64,000 bases of DNA from assembly GCF_006345805.1 (NCBI RefSeq), contig NC_043003.1, positions 27,156,001-27,220,000 of the forward strand, read 5' to 3'. The DNA is from Octopus sinensis. Lineage: Eukaryota. The notes below the pieces were generated by a model, which was given only the letters and a program-made list of their open reading frames with translations, did no database searches and was not told the DNA's origin. The position numbers and the translations under genes were made by a program. Positions 1-13,248 of this stretch are shown one piece after another. Each line of letters opens with the position of its first letter. The first letter of the stretch is position 1.

Positions 1-65
1 AAAAGACGAAGGCAGGTGGAGTACAAACAAACAAATGTATTAGTATAGCGCTCAGGAATAGAAAA

Positions 66-105
66 AGTCTTTTACGTTTCGAACCTACGCTCTTCGACAG
101 AAAGA
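66..105 (-). ncRNA. Degenerate hammerhead ribozyme motif in a PLE-type terminal remnant
   Basis: Minus strand reads tcttt CTGTCGA A GAG-cgtagg-TTC GAAAC GTA aaaga. Core has A6>U. Stem I tcttt/aaaga. Confidence 0.45.
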
Positions 106-332
106 TACACAGAAAAAAAAATAAGGAGAGAAACAAGGAGAGAGAAAAATGCGTGTAGGAGCTAACGATCTATCATGACGTGTATGTGTGTGTATATATA
201 TATATACACATACATATATATGTGGTTATATAAGATTATATATATACATACATACATACATACACGCATATATAATCATATATGCATAGATTTGTGTGTG
301 TGTGTGCGTGCTCGCCTGTGTATGTGTATATA

Positions 333-545
333 CAAGGGAGCGAGGAAAAGTCCCTGGCTTTGGGTAAAAGGAAATACTGGAGAATCAGTTATGATTTTAT
401 TAAACATAATCCCCTCTCATATTCACACGCTTATTGCAGCGTCTCTCAGTTTTTCCAATCCCTGTAAAAGAACTCGAAAGGTTAGGTCTTCAAACATACC
501 TTTCTCTAGACTTTTCAAGCCAGGACCTTTTCATCACCCCCATTG
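333..545. mobile_element. Tc1/mariner-type MITE (~213 bp)
   Basis: Imperfect 28-bp TIRs caagggagcgaggaaaagtccctggctt / rc caatggggtgatgaaaaggtcctggctt, flanked by TA on both sides (331-332, 546-547). Confidence 0.65.
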
Positions 546-764
546 TATAATGTATGTTTTTATTCATAATTGTTATATATAAAATTCAGCGAATCATTAA
601 ACAGAAGGATTGTCAGTGCTTTACAATAGACTGAAACAGGTTGGAAACTCCTTCGAAGTAGCCTTCATCAGATTGCCTATGAAGGTTACATAGCTGAAAC
701 TTCGACGGAACTGTTATAAGTTTTGCTCGTGAATATAATTTAAGCATGTAACTCTCATTAAATT

Positions 765-1023
765 GAAATTAACGTGCAAGAGGCTGAGCACTCCGCAGAC
801 ACGTGTACCCATTACGTAGTTCTCAGGGAGATTCAGCGTCACACAGAGTGTGATAAGGCTGGCCCTTTTGAAATACAGGTACTACACTGTTTTGCCAGCT
901 GAGTGGACTGGATCAACGGAAAATTAAGTATCTTCCTCAAAGACACATCACGCGGCCGGGAATTGAACTTACGTCCTTGCGATCGTAAGCTGAATACCCT
1001 AACCACTAAGCCACGCGCCTTCA
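765..1023 (-). mobile_element. tRNA-derived SINE (family B variant)
   Basis: rc head tgaaggcgcgtggcttagtggttaggg...gttcaattccc has A/B boxes. Body matches copies at 33790-34110 and 34232-34607. Confidence 0.8.
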
Positions 1024-1259
1024 CTCTGTTAAATATAATGCTTATTTATATTGTTTTGAATGAATCATACATTATCTCATAGCTTTGAGATTTCAATGAT
1101 TTGATCGTTTATTCTGAGAATGGCATTGTACTGTAGGTGCGAGAGGCCAGATATCGCCAGTTTGCATATAAAGCAGGTAGAATTTTAGGGTCGGATATAG
1201 CCGGTTTAAATACTAAAGAGTTAATGTATCACTATTTCGTATAAAAATATGCACAAAAT

Positions 1260-1760
1260 CAAACTTTACAGGTCTCTTCTTAACCTGAAGGAGCGTCAGT
1301 GATATTCACTGCTTCTCCTGTCATATCTCTGCTTGGTTCCGGTTGAATTTTATGTTCATTGTTTTTCTCTCGGTTACTCTCTTCTAATGTCGGAGTTTCT
1401 CACTGACAACTTTTAGTTCTTGCATAAAGATGAACAGTTTGTGAGTGTCCTCTTTTTGCTGCCTCCAAACATTACTTCTTCACTTTTTGTTGGTGAGACG
1501 TATTGTGGTTTGTTTGTTTGCACGCAATGAGCATCATCATATGGCTGATGGTCTTTCATAAATCAGCCATCTTTTTTCTCTATCTTCAAAACCCATGATG
1601 ATACTTTCTTTGTTGTTTCGGTTTTGTTCACCTTTTGAATGTCGTTCATGTATTGCTTTGCAGTAGTAGACAGGGCATATAGACAGGCGTTAATCTGCCA
1701 GAATAAGAATTCCTTACACTACTGTAAATACTCCTCTCTCCAATTTGTCAACAGCTTTTA
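1260..1760 (-). pseudogene. Degenerate LINE fragment (probably 5' region of an R4/Dong-like ORF)
   Basis: A-rich minus strand with coding-like stretches such as WQINACLYALSTTAKQYM. Broken by stops. Confidence 0.35.
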
Positions 1761-2352
1761 ATACTGTATCTGGACGGGGGGGTAAATTATTTTTTTACTT
1801 ACTCTAGTGGAGAAAACTTTCTCTTCGAGAAAGTACTTCCAAGCCAAAGTTACAATTTCTCAGAAAATTTCAGTAAGAGCAGATTTCACCAATATTATTA
1901 CTACGACAATAATCATTGCGATTATGCCTACTGTTTGCCATAATCGTAGTAGGGGGACAGTGGTCAGTTACTTTAGCCGGCTCGGCAATAAGAGATCGAT
2001 AGAATAAGTACCAGGCTTTAAAAAAAACAGTAAGTACTGGGGTTGATATGTTCGACTATAATATTACGACTCAGCAAGCAGTCTCATGACGTGAAAAAGT
2101 ACACTCTGAACAGCAACAAAGAGTAATCTTAGTACTCCAACAAATGCGCTAATGTTGAAGAGCGCGAGAGTTTGATCGGAAATTTGGATTTAGAGAAACA
2201 TAATGGGGGTTTGTACTTCAATATATACATGGAATGCTATGCATACGCGCACACACTTACATGCCCCGCCACACGCACGCACACAACACACACACAACAC
2301 ACACAAATATCTAAATTTGTAATCATGAATTCCTTTTCTTTTTACATTTCAG

Positions 2353-2397
2353 TTGCTGAAGCCATTTCTGTTTTCTCTGACGATTCCCTTGCGCCAA
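2353..2397 (+). CDS. Candidate 45-bp micro-exon of an unidentified host gene
   Basis: Acceptor tccttttcttttacatttcag and donor gtaagt, in a non-repeat island. Open in phase 1 (AEAISVFSDDSLAP) and phase 0 (LLKPFLFSLTIPLRQ). Confidence 0.5.
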
Positions 2398-2899
2398 GTA
2401 AGTCTCTCAATAAAGCTATGTCATAAGATACGCAGATATACACACATATATCCGCGTAGAAATACACGTATAGTACATACATATACATACTCATGCATGT
2501 ATGTGCATGTGTTTAGTGGATAAATAAAATGACAGTCCACACAGAAATCTTGCCTGGTGGTTGATCGCGCCTGTTGTTCCACTAGGTAAAATTCGAGTTG
2601 ACTATCATCTCTTCATAGCATAAACGTATCTATTCAAGCTACCACTTCGTATATGGAATTCTGTATCAGCCAATGTTTGCACTATATATACATATATATA
2701 ATATCTACTACTATATGTTTTATGATTTATAAAATATTTATATAGTATAGGTTAAAGTTAACTGGTATATCGTGAACATCAATTAGAAAAAGGGTAAATT
2801 TATAATAACCTTATTCGCAATCAAATAATACATAATAAAACTGAAGTTAAAAAGAACTACTTATTCACATACAGACGTAAGCAACGCTGTGTGAAAACA

Positions 2900-3560
2900 T
2901 ATAAGGAAATAGGGATTTGTGAACGCGTAGATAATTTAGAGGAGGTGCGGGAGTTTCTGTACAAGGAAACAGGAAAATAAATTGCCTGTTTCAAAAATAA
3001 CAGATTGAAAATATATTTGCAACAAAAAGACTTGTTCAGAAATTCTATTCCGTAGGTAAGGCATGTGTCGTAGAGTGTTCAAGTTAAATTTCAAAACTGT
3101 CTTAAAAAGCTTGAAAAAATCATGTATATGACAAATGGAAGGTTTTCTATTGACATTGAAAGTATTGGCGATCAGTCCAATGAAAGACAGAGGTTGGAAA
3201 TGAATTTAATTATGACACAAAAGACAGTTCATTTTCTTGGAAAGTTCCTTTGAGCGGAAATTTATTGGTGTTGATACGCTTACAGATAGAAGAGAATTGG
3301 TGATCATGTTAAGCTTTCAAGTTTTAGACGCTGAACGCACTTATAGCTTGAGCAAAATTGTAGGTATTAGAATAAAAGCTTCTATATAATTTTGTTTAAG
3401 TAGTTTATCGCACTTGTGGTGAAGGACATTTTGAAGAAACGCTTGGCTATAGGAGTAAATTCATTCAGATTGAAGAGCATACTAAAATAGTCGATGTATT
3501 TATGTCCACATTCAGTGGAGGGCGTGCGTGTATTTCCAGTATTTTCTTTTCCTCAGTAAA
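2900..3560 (-). pseudogene. Degenerate Penelope-like element 3' fragment (region leading into GIY-YIG)
   Basis: Frameshifted minus-strand peptides LFNLNEFTPIAKRFFK, YSNTYNFAQAISAFS, CKRINTNKFPLKGT and SFIGLIANTF parallel the 58214-59071 ORF and PLE C-termini. Confidence 0.55.
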
Positions 3561-4073
3561 GAAACTGTTTAAAGTTTAGAATTTAGGGGGAAAAATATAG
3601 AAAAACTATTCCTTATTTAAATCATTGTTGTGTATCGTGAAATTATAAATCATTGTTGCGTATCGTGAAATTATAAAGCATTCGTGTGGATTTTCGATAC
3701 TTCTTACTCGAATTTCTTTTAATATTCGCAGTGCACCTATATACATCTTATAGAAGGATATTTGAAAACATGTTATATAACATATATGTCAATGCACGGT
3801 ATATGTAAACCATGATTTCATTAAATGTTTGCACACGTGACAGGTTAACATGTTTACTTTTATTTTTAAACCATATTTTGCTTCACAAACCACTTCATTT
3901 CACGTTGCGCTCCTGTCCACTCAACTGACAAAATGAAGTAATCCTGCGACGGACCAGCGTCCCGTCCAGGTGGTAATTTGTATACCACGGAAACCAGGAA
4001 AGCGGCCTTGTGAGTTTATATACCTCAGGAAAAGGAGCTTTATGCCTTTTATTTATTTATTTTGTTTCACAGA

Positions 4074-4136
<63 letters not shown>

Positions 4137-4270
4137 ATGTATGTGTGTGTATATGATTCGACTTCCAGCTAAATTTTATGTTACATGTTTGCAAGCTATA
4201 ATGTTGGCAGATTATGAATACAAAGTATAAGACTAGAGAAAATAAGGTGGAATATTTTGCTAATAACATC

Positions 4271-4356
4271 TTTACAAGTGTTTCAGTAACAATCACAAAC
4301 AGGATTGCATAAGATTAACCTTATGCAATCATGTATCGAACGTCGCTCCATCAGAA
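4271..4356 (-). ncRNA. Degenerate long-stem-II hammerhead motif
   Basis: rc CTGATGG agcgac...gttact GAAAC ACTT GTA. Contains the perfect 11-bp hairpin gattgcataag/cttatgcaatc (4303-4330). Core has A9>G and stem I is weak. Confidence 0.45.
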
Positions 4357-4744
4357 CTTTCTCATAAATGAATTGCTTCAAACTGTATTCTCCAGTCTTA
4401 CTCTTTGTGCTTATGACTGTGTGCTTAGCCATCACACGAAAGCGAATATGGCGGGGTTGTTTGTACTACGCGTTTGCTAATTGTTTTAGGTACCTATATA
4501 GAAGTGAGCAAACACAGACACACTCATCCTTCAACCATTGACTAAGCCAAACAGCCATGATGTAACCACTGGAATGATGGAGCTGTACCAGTTTATTTTC
4601 AGCTGAGGAGGCTGCAGTAATATGAAACTAAAAGGCTTGTTCAAGGGCATGACACGCTACGCAGTTTAGGAATCAAATCCACAACCTTATTATCGCGAGT
4701 CCAACACCCTAACTACCAACCTCAATACACGATTGTACCACGTG

Positions 4745-4936
4745 CAGGCGTGACTTTGTAGTAAGAAGCTTGCTTCCCAACCACATGGCTCCGGGTCCAG
4801 TCCCATTGCATGGCACCTTGGGCAAGTGTCTTCTACTAGAGTCTCGGGCTAACCAAAGCCTTGTGAGTGGATTTGGTAGACGAAAACTGAAAGAAGCCCG
4901 TTGTGTATGTATATATATATGTGTGTGTGTGTGTGT

Positions 4937-4984
<48 letters not shown>

Positions 4985-5232
4985 TGTGTATGTGTGTGTG
5001 TGTGTATCTATGTGTTTGAGTATCTTTGTGTCTGTGTTTGTCCACGTATCACCGCTTGACAACGTGTGTTTAAGTCCCCGTTACATGGCGGTTCGGCAAA
5101 AGAAAGCGATAGAATAAGTATAAGGTTGTAAAACCAATAAATCCTGGGGTCGATTTGTTTGACTAAAAGACTTCAAGGCGGTACTCCAGCATGGCTGCAG
5201 TCAAATGACTGAAACAAGTAAAAGAATAAAGG
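4745..5232 (+). mobile_element. tRNA-derived SINE family A with internal (TG)n
   Basis: Degenerate A/B box head, cttgggcaagtgtc core, internal microsatellite and 3' end gactgaaacaagtaaaagaata. Matches 49854-50298 and 57715-58133. Confidence 0.9.
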
Positions 5233-5247
5233 AATATATGCATATAT

Positions 5248-5303
<56 letters not shown>

Positions 5304-5312
5304 ATATATATA

Positions 5313-5768
5313 TGTTAGTTAGTTAGTTAGTTATTTGGCTCAAAAGCAAATAGCAAGGCCATGTAGGGGGACATGGAGTTAAGTACAGGGTGGTGTTCAT
5401 GTAAAGAGTTCAGGCCACTTGAGGTCAAGGGAGGCTTTGAACAAAGCGGTCGTCGGCATCTTCACCATCTCGTCTGGCAGCTTGTTCCACGGATCCGCAA
5501 CACGGACGGAGAAAGCTCCTCTCCTTCGATTGAGATGAAATCGTCGCAGGTAGAACTTTTCGGAATGACCCCGCGGCCGACGCTCTGGAGCAGGAGTGAA
5601 GAACAGCTCTTTCGAGAGGTTACACTTTCCGCTTATGATGTTGTGGGCGAGAATGAGATGACCACGGCGGCGGCGTTTTTCAAGAGAATAAAGGTCGAGC
5701 GTCCTCAGCCTTTCTTCATTGGACAAATTTTTGAGACCATGAACCATGCGGGTAGCCAGCTTCTGGAC
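5313..5768 (-). mobile_element. 5'-truncated CR1/L2-group LINE 3' end with (TAAC)n tail, inserted in (TA)n
   Basis: ORF 5397-5747 has EERLRTLDLYSLEKRRRRGHLI...RGHSEK...FSVRVADPWNKLP, a typical CR1-group post-RT C-terminus. Tail (gtta)n at 5313-5332. Confidence 0.88.
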
Positions 5769-5787
5769 TATATATATATATATATAT

Positions 5788-5830
<43 letters not shown>

Positions 5831-5831
<1 letters not shown>

Positions 5832-6000
5832 GCGCCCTTCTAAAGCCTAGCCAGGCTCATGGGCCCGGTTTCCCGGTTTCCGTGGCGTATGTGTTCCCCA
5901 GCTGGATGGGACGCCAGTCCATCGCAGCGTTACTCACTTTTGCCAGCTGAGTGGACTGGAGCAACGTGAAATGAAGTGTTTTGATCAAGAACACAACGCG
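5831..6000 (-). mobile_element. SINE family B 3' fragment
   Basis: rc matches the tail of the 33353-33662 copy (cgctgcgatggactggcgtc...ccgggaaa...cccatgagcc). Confidence 0.75.
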
Positions 6001-6108
6001 TTTAACTTTTTCACTGACAATTTCTTTCATTTTTTCTCTATTCATCTCTCTCTTTCTTTCTCTCTCTCTCTCTAGCTTTCTATCTCTATCTCTCTCCCTC
6101 TCTCCCCC

Positions 6109-6153
<45 letters not shown>

Positions 6154-6156
<3 letters not shown>

Positions 6157-6178
6157 ATGAAGGACTTACGTCCAAAAT
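6154..6178 (+). ncRNA. Inactivated hammerhead core
   Basis: CTGATGA A GGAC-ttac-GTCC AAAA. The GAAA box is mutated to AAAA. Confidence 0.45.
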
Positions 6179-6329
6179 TTTATCTCCTCCTATTAAAGCG
6201 TTAAGCGTAAGCATTAAATGTTAAACTTTGCCCCTTCTGTGTTCATTGTTTATACACAACCTATTTAATAGTAATCTCTCGTCTCTACAATTTCTTGCTG
6301 AACAACCAGCACAAATGATTTGTTTATAA

Positions 6330-6525
6330 TGTTCAGTCGTTTGTGCTGCAGATAAACTCACATGCACCATCACTCCCGCATCGAATGGATATTATTTGCA
6401 CCGGCCCCGCTGTGTCACACGTCAGATATCAAGGTGATCACAGAGCAACCTTTCGGTCCGAGAATCGAACTTACGATCTTGTGATCAAGAGTGCAACGCC
6501 CTAACCATTAGACCACATGCCCTCC
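6330..6525 (-). mobile_element. Degenerate tRNA-derived SINE
   Basis: rc head gggcatgtggtctaatggttagggcgttgcactcttgatcacaagatcgtaagttcgattc carries A/B boxes. Confidence 0.65.
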
Positions 6526-6530
6526 CCGAA

Positions 6531-7791
6531 CTAGCTGTTCGACCCGGCGTTGCTCGCGTTTTCAGTCTTGAAGTTAAGCCCACCTCTGGCCTTGTATGTT
6601 CTCCTTGCCAACTATTTTCCATTAAGATATTATATCTGGTTCGGCAGGGATTTTACCCGGTTAACGCTTTCGACATACTCCTACATACTGGACCGTCTAA
6701 AATCGCAGTCAAACTTTTGGGTGTACCTCGACTCGTTGAGAGTGATTTTTGTTTCTGTACAAAATTGATCAGCGTGTCCAATCTCAACAAAATCCGAAGA
6801 AAAGTGTGTAGGTTATGTCATAAAATAGAATCCATGTAACCATTTACATGAAAATATCCCATTGACTTTTAAATCACAAAACATTATATGAATAATCGAT
6901 GTTTCATAGGTCGAAGTCTTAATTTTACTCATGGGTCAATTTTCTTCAAAATCAGTTCATTATTTTATTGTGAGTGAATTTTGACGCTTTCTGCCTTTCA
7001 CCAATTTAATTTTAATTCTACTACATGACTCCGACCATAAACTTTACCTAAATGTAAAATTTCATCAAAATCGGATGAATTCTGTAAAAGTTACAGCATA
7101 AAATATTAATCCTATGCATACAAAAATATCCCATGCTTTCAAAAAGCCAATTGATTTCTTATACTCCCCCGTTCACGCGTAATTATCGATTTTTTTTGTC
7201 TACTCTTCATGCTGGTATCAACTAATGGACATGAACTGTAATTACGTATAAAATTTCTACAAAATCGATATGAATGTCTCTAAGGCAATGCTTATTTGCA
7301 TTTATGCCCTTTTCAAGCCCTTTTGAATTAAATAAACACCTTTACCGTCTTCCCCACCACAAAATTTACCTACATCTCAAATTTCATTAAAATCGGATAA
7401 AATATATAAAATAGTTACGGCCAAAAATAAAATCCCTCTGGGTATTTGCACGCAAAAAGCCTATTGGTTTCATAAAACCACTGCTCAGGCGCAATTATCG
7501 ACTTTTTGTCAACACCATGTACTGACATCATCTCACTGCCAAGAGCCTCGCTCACTAAGCGATTTTCATCAAAATCGGACAAAAAATGCAAAAGCTGCAG
7601 GAAAAATAACATCGTTATGGGAATTTCCATTCAAACACCCGATTGAGCTCACAAAAATCGATGCCAACTGAGCATTATCGAGTTATCGAAAAATTCCAGC
7701 CTTATTTGAACTTTAGGGCATGTGATCTACGTATGTGTCAAAATCATTAAAATCGGTTAGATGGACACCATTACACATTTATGTATATAGA
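6531..7791 (-). mobile_element. Non-autonomous Helitron (~1.26 kb)
   Basis: Minus strand starts A|TC-tatatacataaa and ends cgcgagcaacgccgggtcgaacag-CTAG|T, with no TSD. Internal repeated motif aaatttcatcaaaatcgg near 6940, 7057, 7252, 7380, 7562 and 7741. Confidence 0.75.
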
Positions 7792-7949
7792 TGTATGTGT
7801 ATATTTTTCTGTGTGCAATATTATATTTTTAACTTATTTCGTTACAACTTGCTGTGTTTCGATTACTTACTTTTTAAAAACAAAACAAAATTAGGGTGTG
7901 AATTGCTGAGTCTTTTACTTACTAGGTTAGGAGGAAAGGATAGCGCTCA

Positions 7950-9290
7950 TGGCTTTCGCAGCCCTCACCCACACCCATGTTCGACTGGTAAGATTAATGC
8001 TAACAACGTACCTCTTAAAACAATCAATATCTGTGGGGGGAAATGAACAAAGACGGAGTAATAGAAGCGTTAAGGTTCTGGGAAGAAGGAATGGGTTTAG
8101 CGAAAAGCGTAGGCCTGAGATATTGGACTCAACAACTGTGATGAGAGAAAATAGTGTAGGTTGGAGATATCTGAGCGGAGGCAGTATAAGCCCAGTTAAA
8201 TCAGAGGAGCAGAAGTCAATATAGTATCAGTAGAAAAGGCAGCGAGAGGGAACAGTACATATGTGGGCCAGAGATTGTAGTATGTCTGTGAGTGATTTGG
8301 AGCCAGTCACTCGTTAGACAGTTATTTGGATGCATTCTGTATTTAAGATCCGAAGTATCTTATTGCACTGAAGAGAAGGGTTTGTTGTTGGGAGTGGTCC
8401 TAGCTATGTTAAGGAACTGATTTTTCTTGGATAAACGCTCGGCAATAGTGAGACCCAGCAATTGGACAAGTTTGAAGGTCCTACTTGCGTGTTATTCATA
8501 ATTAGATATGATGTGGTGCGATGTTGTTTTATTTATGAGAGAAGTGTCTATATTTTGCTGCTATTGAAAGAGACGAAATATGCATATCCTATTGTAAGAT
8601 GTTTTCAAGAATAATGTTTATGGTTTGTGTTATCTAGGTTGTGAGTTAGTGCAAAACTGTGAAAAGTTAGTAAAGGGTAAATAGTAGTGTCATCTGCGTT
8701 TGTTATCTGAAGTGACACAAAGTAAGTTATTATGTATAGGAATATATTAGTCATAAGGTATAGCGGAATCGATAGAATGAGAGACATATGGTGCTCTGCC
8801 AACAACAGCGGTGATAGTACAAAATAAAAAGAAGCTATCGACACCAGAGATGAAATACGGGTGAAGCCTATAGACTGACAGTATTGACAGAAGATTCGCA
8901 TGTCAGACATTGTCGAAAATTTTGCTGGTGTCGAGGGTGACAACATTGCTTTCTCTAAGACAACAGCCCACTAGTGGGTGATTAACTGGCTTTATGAAAA
9001 TTTAACTATTGATCACTAAGAAAGGGAAAATAGGGGAGGGGAGAGGGAGAAGTGAGAGAGGGGGAAATATCCAAGGAGGACGTCACTAGTGGTTGTCTCA
9101 ATTACGTTAGTCATATTAGAAACGATACGATAGCGAGTGAGTAGTCGAGAAAATGAGGTTTTATGGTTTAGCTTGCCATTCCTAATAAGATCTTTATCTA
9201 TAAGTTTCAGATTCCAAGAAGTTCGTACAGAAAGTGAGCGATTAAAATAAAATGATAAAGTTCTGATAAGGTGTTCTCTTGCGTCCAAAA
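7950..9290 (-). pseudogene. Old degenerate CR1/L2-group LINE RT fragment
   Basis: Minus-strand remnants QITNADDTT (YADD-like) and TRYRIVSNMTNVIET (YRPIS-like region). Many disruptions. Confidence 0.5.
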
Positions 9291-9399
9291 TATTGGAAAA
9301 TGCAAAGGTTTTCTGAAGGAACAAGGTGAAAGGAACATGAAAAAAGTGGTGAAGATATGTACGAACGATGGAGTTGCTCGCCACCTTTTTACTCTTCAG

Positions 9400-11240
9400 G
9401 GATAGTTTCTTCCCCGGCCATTTTTGAGTGAGACGATTCACTTGTCCACTTGGAGACCGGGATCAAATCAGTCCTCGAGCAGTTTAGCCGGTCCGGCCAT
9501 CCAGTACCTCAAAAGACTGTTGGACAGTATGGACCTGCCTTTCTAGGTGCTGAGCGGCAAGCCAAGCGACTTCTCTTGATTAACTTTTGCTCCTGTCACA
9601 GCCTCGCATTCTCTTAAAACTGTTGATCATCTCAATGTATTTGGTGCCAGATAGCATTACGCAAGCACGAATATGCAAGCACGTATATACAAACAAGAAT
9701 CTTCCCCAATTCTCGTGGGTTTTTCGAAACCTCCAGCATCTGCAGTAATAGCTCAATAGTCAGTACGTACAGAAGAGGAGAGAGGAGACACCCTGACGGA
9801 CCGAATATATGATACTTAACGATTCTGACAGGTGGCCATTTATTCTGACCTCCGTGCAAACTTCGCTGTACATTGCACCAATCCAGCTTCTGAAGACGCC
9901 TTGAGGACAGTTTTCAATCGCTTTGAAATTGAGTTGGGTCTCATCTATGAGATGGAGGTTTTCATAGATAGACTTGTTTGGGTTAGCACGTCTTAACATC
10001 ACCGACAAGACAATGAATGACAAACACCAACCTCTTAGTTAACTCCTTGGCCAAAATCTTGAACTTTACATTTCATACAGTTACGAGCTAAAATGATCAA
10101 AGTTGTCACCTTTGTTCGGGTCCGTTTTGAACAGCATCACTATACTACGACTCACAGGGCTGGGAATTCTCCCGTTCTACTACCAGTTGCAGCAAACATT
10201 TTCAAGGAAGTCAACGAACAATTTAAGCATATGACAGTAAAGATCGTAGGGCATACCATTCATCCCCGGTATCTTCTCCTCCATGCAGCCAGGCAACACT
10301 TCCTGTATCTCATCAACTTTTATCGACCTTTCACAGACGGTCGCGGCAAAATGTCCTATTAGATGGTAAAATTCACTTTCATCTCTGACACGCCGCGTGC
10401 CTCGAACAGTCTAGTGTAGTGCTGCTAAAAAGTTGCAAACATTTGCATGAAGATCGTATTGTGGCTTTGCCACCGTGTTGTGCCTCGGTCCCCCGGGCCC
10501 ATCGAATGGATTTCCTTCCTTCATGTCTTAGAACACGCTTCTATCTGTATCTTTGTGCTTCGCGTTGAAGAATTGGTCAAGGATCAGTCTTGCTGTGAGC
10601 TCATCGCTTCTGCTATGCCATTTACTAGCCTACAAAATACTCTTGTTACGATCTCGATCATCGGTTGTTGTTTTCCCATGTTCACACTAGCGCATTCGGG
10701 AAATCGATTCGGTATCTATCAGACAGTTGGAAACGATTGAACAGATTTGCCTATCAGCTAGCCCATTGTGATCCAGATGTGCATCCAGGATAGCGTCTAG
10801 TCACCCACTAGCTCTAAAGAGCGAGACGTTCCCAGAAAACCCTCCAAAAAAATTCGGCCGACGCACCACTGTTGGGGAAAAAACGATGACTAGTCGAAAG
10901 GTGCTAACTTCGCTATTGTTTACGATGCAGGCAGACCTTATCTTGAGGCCTTTTCGAAACAGCAACGCCACAACGCTCCAGGCCATGAAAGAGACGCGAT
11001 TTCAAAATCGCCAAAATTAGGTGCTAAGTCGCGTGTATCAGAAGTCCCAGTGATGTCGATGGCTATCACACCCAAAGCTGGTGATGACACTACTCTTTAT
11101 TCCTTATTAACATTTCCCAGTTTTGCATCATCAACTCGCAATCAAACTTTGAGCTGATTAGGAGAAAAATGATCCTGCTTTCAGGGTAAATCCAGGCCAT
11201 GTGCATTTATACAACCCACTCTCAGAGTTGCCGTGTTGGT
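9400..11240 (-). pseudogene. Degenerate L1/Tx1-like LINE ORF2 (APE + RT)
   Basis: LRVGCINAHGL (APE start near 11230), KILAKELTKRL, SVRQG and GCLLSPLLYVLTIELLL in shifting frames. Confidence 0.7.
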
Positions 11241-11619
11241 AGAAAATAAAGAGAAAAAGAAATGGTTCACTTACCCGTCTGATGATCTCGGAAACCGAAT
11301 GACTCGGTCTCCATGTACTTTGGGGGTTCCTTTGGGAAGTTCATTAGGAGCCCACTGTTTGCCTTTGTGCTCGGTTTTTCCACATCATTAGGGAAGTTTT
11401 TCTACAATATTTTGTGTGTCAAGTCCAGCCTTATTAATTTCAAATTGTGACACCTTGAAAGTGACTGACATGAAAACATCTCTCTTTTTCATTGTTTTCC
11501 TTTTCTGCAATGAATGACATCAATTTTTCATTCTTGCTCCTAATCAGCTCAAAGTTTGATTGCGAGTTGATGATGCAAAACTGGGAAAAGTTAATAAAGA
11601 GTAAAGATTAGTGTCATCT
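11084..11619. repeat. ~90-bp inverted repeat (11084-11172 / 11528-11619)
   Basis: Perfect 49-bp core cccagttttgcatcatcaactcgcaatcaaactttgagctgattaggag and its rc at 11537-11585. Confidence 0.85.
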
Positions 11620-12189
11620 GTGTTTGTTATTTAAAGTTATACAAAGCAAGTCACTATGTATAGGACAAAACTGAGTCATGGGGCACAGCGGAGTTGATAG
11701 AATGAGTGACATATGGTGCTCTGTCTGCTTGTATACTGGTGTCACTTTTGTGTATGTTTTCCTCTTGTTAAGGTAGGAGTGGAGGACGGTCGTGGTAGTG
11801 GAGATATAGATGTGTCTATGTTTCGTGTGGGTTTTGTTGCTGATCTCGTGATTGTATGGTTCGTTTAAGGAAAGTGTAGTTCTTAAATCTTTTTTTCTTG
11901 GTTACCCTGCCGTCTCCTCACTTTCCAGGTTGAGATTATCCGATGTGGGTGGGGGTGGATGGGTGTTTTCATGTGTGTCCATGTGTGTGCGCGGAGGGTC
12001 CTCTTTCCTGTTTTTGTTCGGGACACAAAGTTCTAAAGTGACCTTCTATCACCCTCAGTTACAACCGCAGCTTCACTCCATTGAGCTCGTGGATAATGTC
12101 TTGGATCTTTTTCGTCTTTTTCGGTTTGATCTCTCCGTTCGTTTCATTTTGAGGAGAGTGTTACTGCCTCCCAAAGTAACCCAGGCCTA

Positions 12190-12480
12190 GAAACACAAGG
12201 TGTTTAACCCAAGTGGAACTCTATCTTAACGCGAAAGACCCTTCTCCCTAAATACGTTGGGTAGAAGTAAGTTTCCTGTCATGTATGAAAGCTATGGAGT
12301 CCTTGAGTGAGAGACCCTCGGCCTCCAATTTACTGAAATACTTAACCCTGGTTACAAGATCTAAATCTACCCATATTCTTTCCATCCGAGCGTGTGTCGC
12401 TGTTTCTAGACGTCGAGTTTTAGCGGGCGCAAAGCGATAAGTACAGTCTTTCGTGTGGTTGCTTCCCAAACCGCGGCTAC
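12190..12480 (-). pseudogene. LINE 3'-region relic (L1/Tx1-like zinc-knuckle remnant)
   Basis: ORF 12248-12469 contains LETATHA...IW, resembling the ET..H zinc-knuckle half. Confidence 0.35.
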
Positions 12481-12489
12481 ATAACAGCT

Positions 12490-12590
12490 CGTGCGCACTG
12501 GGGTCGAGGTAATCGACTTAATCCCTTTGTCTGTCCTTGTTTGTCCCCTCTATGTTTAGCCCCATGAGGGCAATAAAGAAATAAGATAAA
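12490..12590 (+). mobile_element. SINE family C 3' fragment
   Basis: cactggggtcga...atcgacttaatcc...tttgtctgtccttgtttgtcccctc is the rc of 36820-36905. Confidence 0.75.
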
Positions 12591-13121
12591 GCCATTTCAT
12601 TTTATTCGTTCCTAATGTAGAACCTTTTCCTGTCTATTTGTCTCCCTTCTTAGGCTACCTCTGAATCTTTCTCTTTCTCTTTCTCTCTCCTTCTTTTTCC
12701 CACTCTCTCTCCCTCTTTATCTCTCTCTCTCTCTCTCTCTCTCTTTCTGAGAGCTGTACTTACAATGTTCAACTGTTCATAATTTTGATTTAGCCCAGTA
12801 AAAATATGTCTCCCTTGGGCACATTTTCTACGCGTCGTGTCCTTTACATCATCATAAGCATGAAGCACCAAATGTGGGCTTGCAAGACTGCCATAAATGG
12901 CAGCCAAATCACCCTCTCATATCACAGCTTACTTTTTTAAATAGTCACTGATAGGGCGGATATACAGAAATACGAGAAGCTCGCGGCTAGAACTAGTTTG
13001 ACTGCAGGTCTGTTCGAGCATTGATGACATGTGGCTTAATGACATCAAACTCAACAGCAGTCTGATCACTTTCACAACCACAATCTATTATCTTACAAAG
13101 TGCACATTCAATAATGTAGTA

Positions 13122-13225
<104 letters not shown>

Positions 13226-13248
13226 ACATATATATCCAAAAATAATTA

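Noticed and set aside
651-710. Overlapping hammerhead-like motifs (CTGATGA on minus; cctatga...gaaac on plus)
   Set aside because: Too degenerate. Neither strand has both conserved boxes plus a cleavage triplet and stem I.
1030-1224. Possible piggyBac-type MITE ending aaagagttaa
   Set aside because: Only one plausible terminus is visible, and the matching left TIR was not found.
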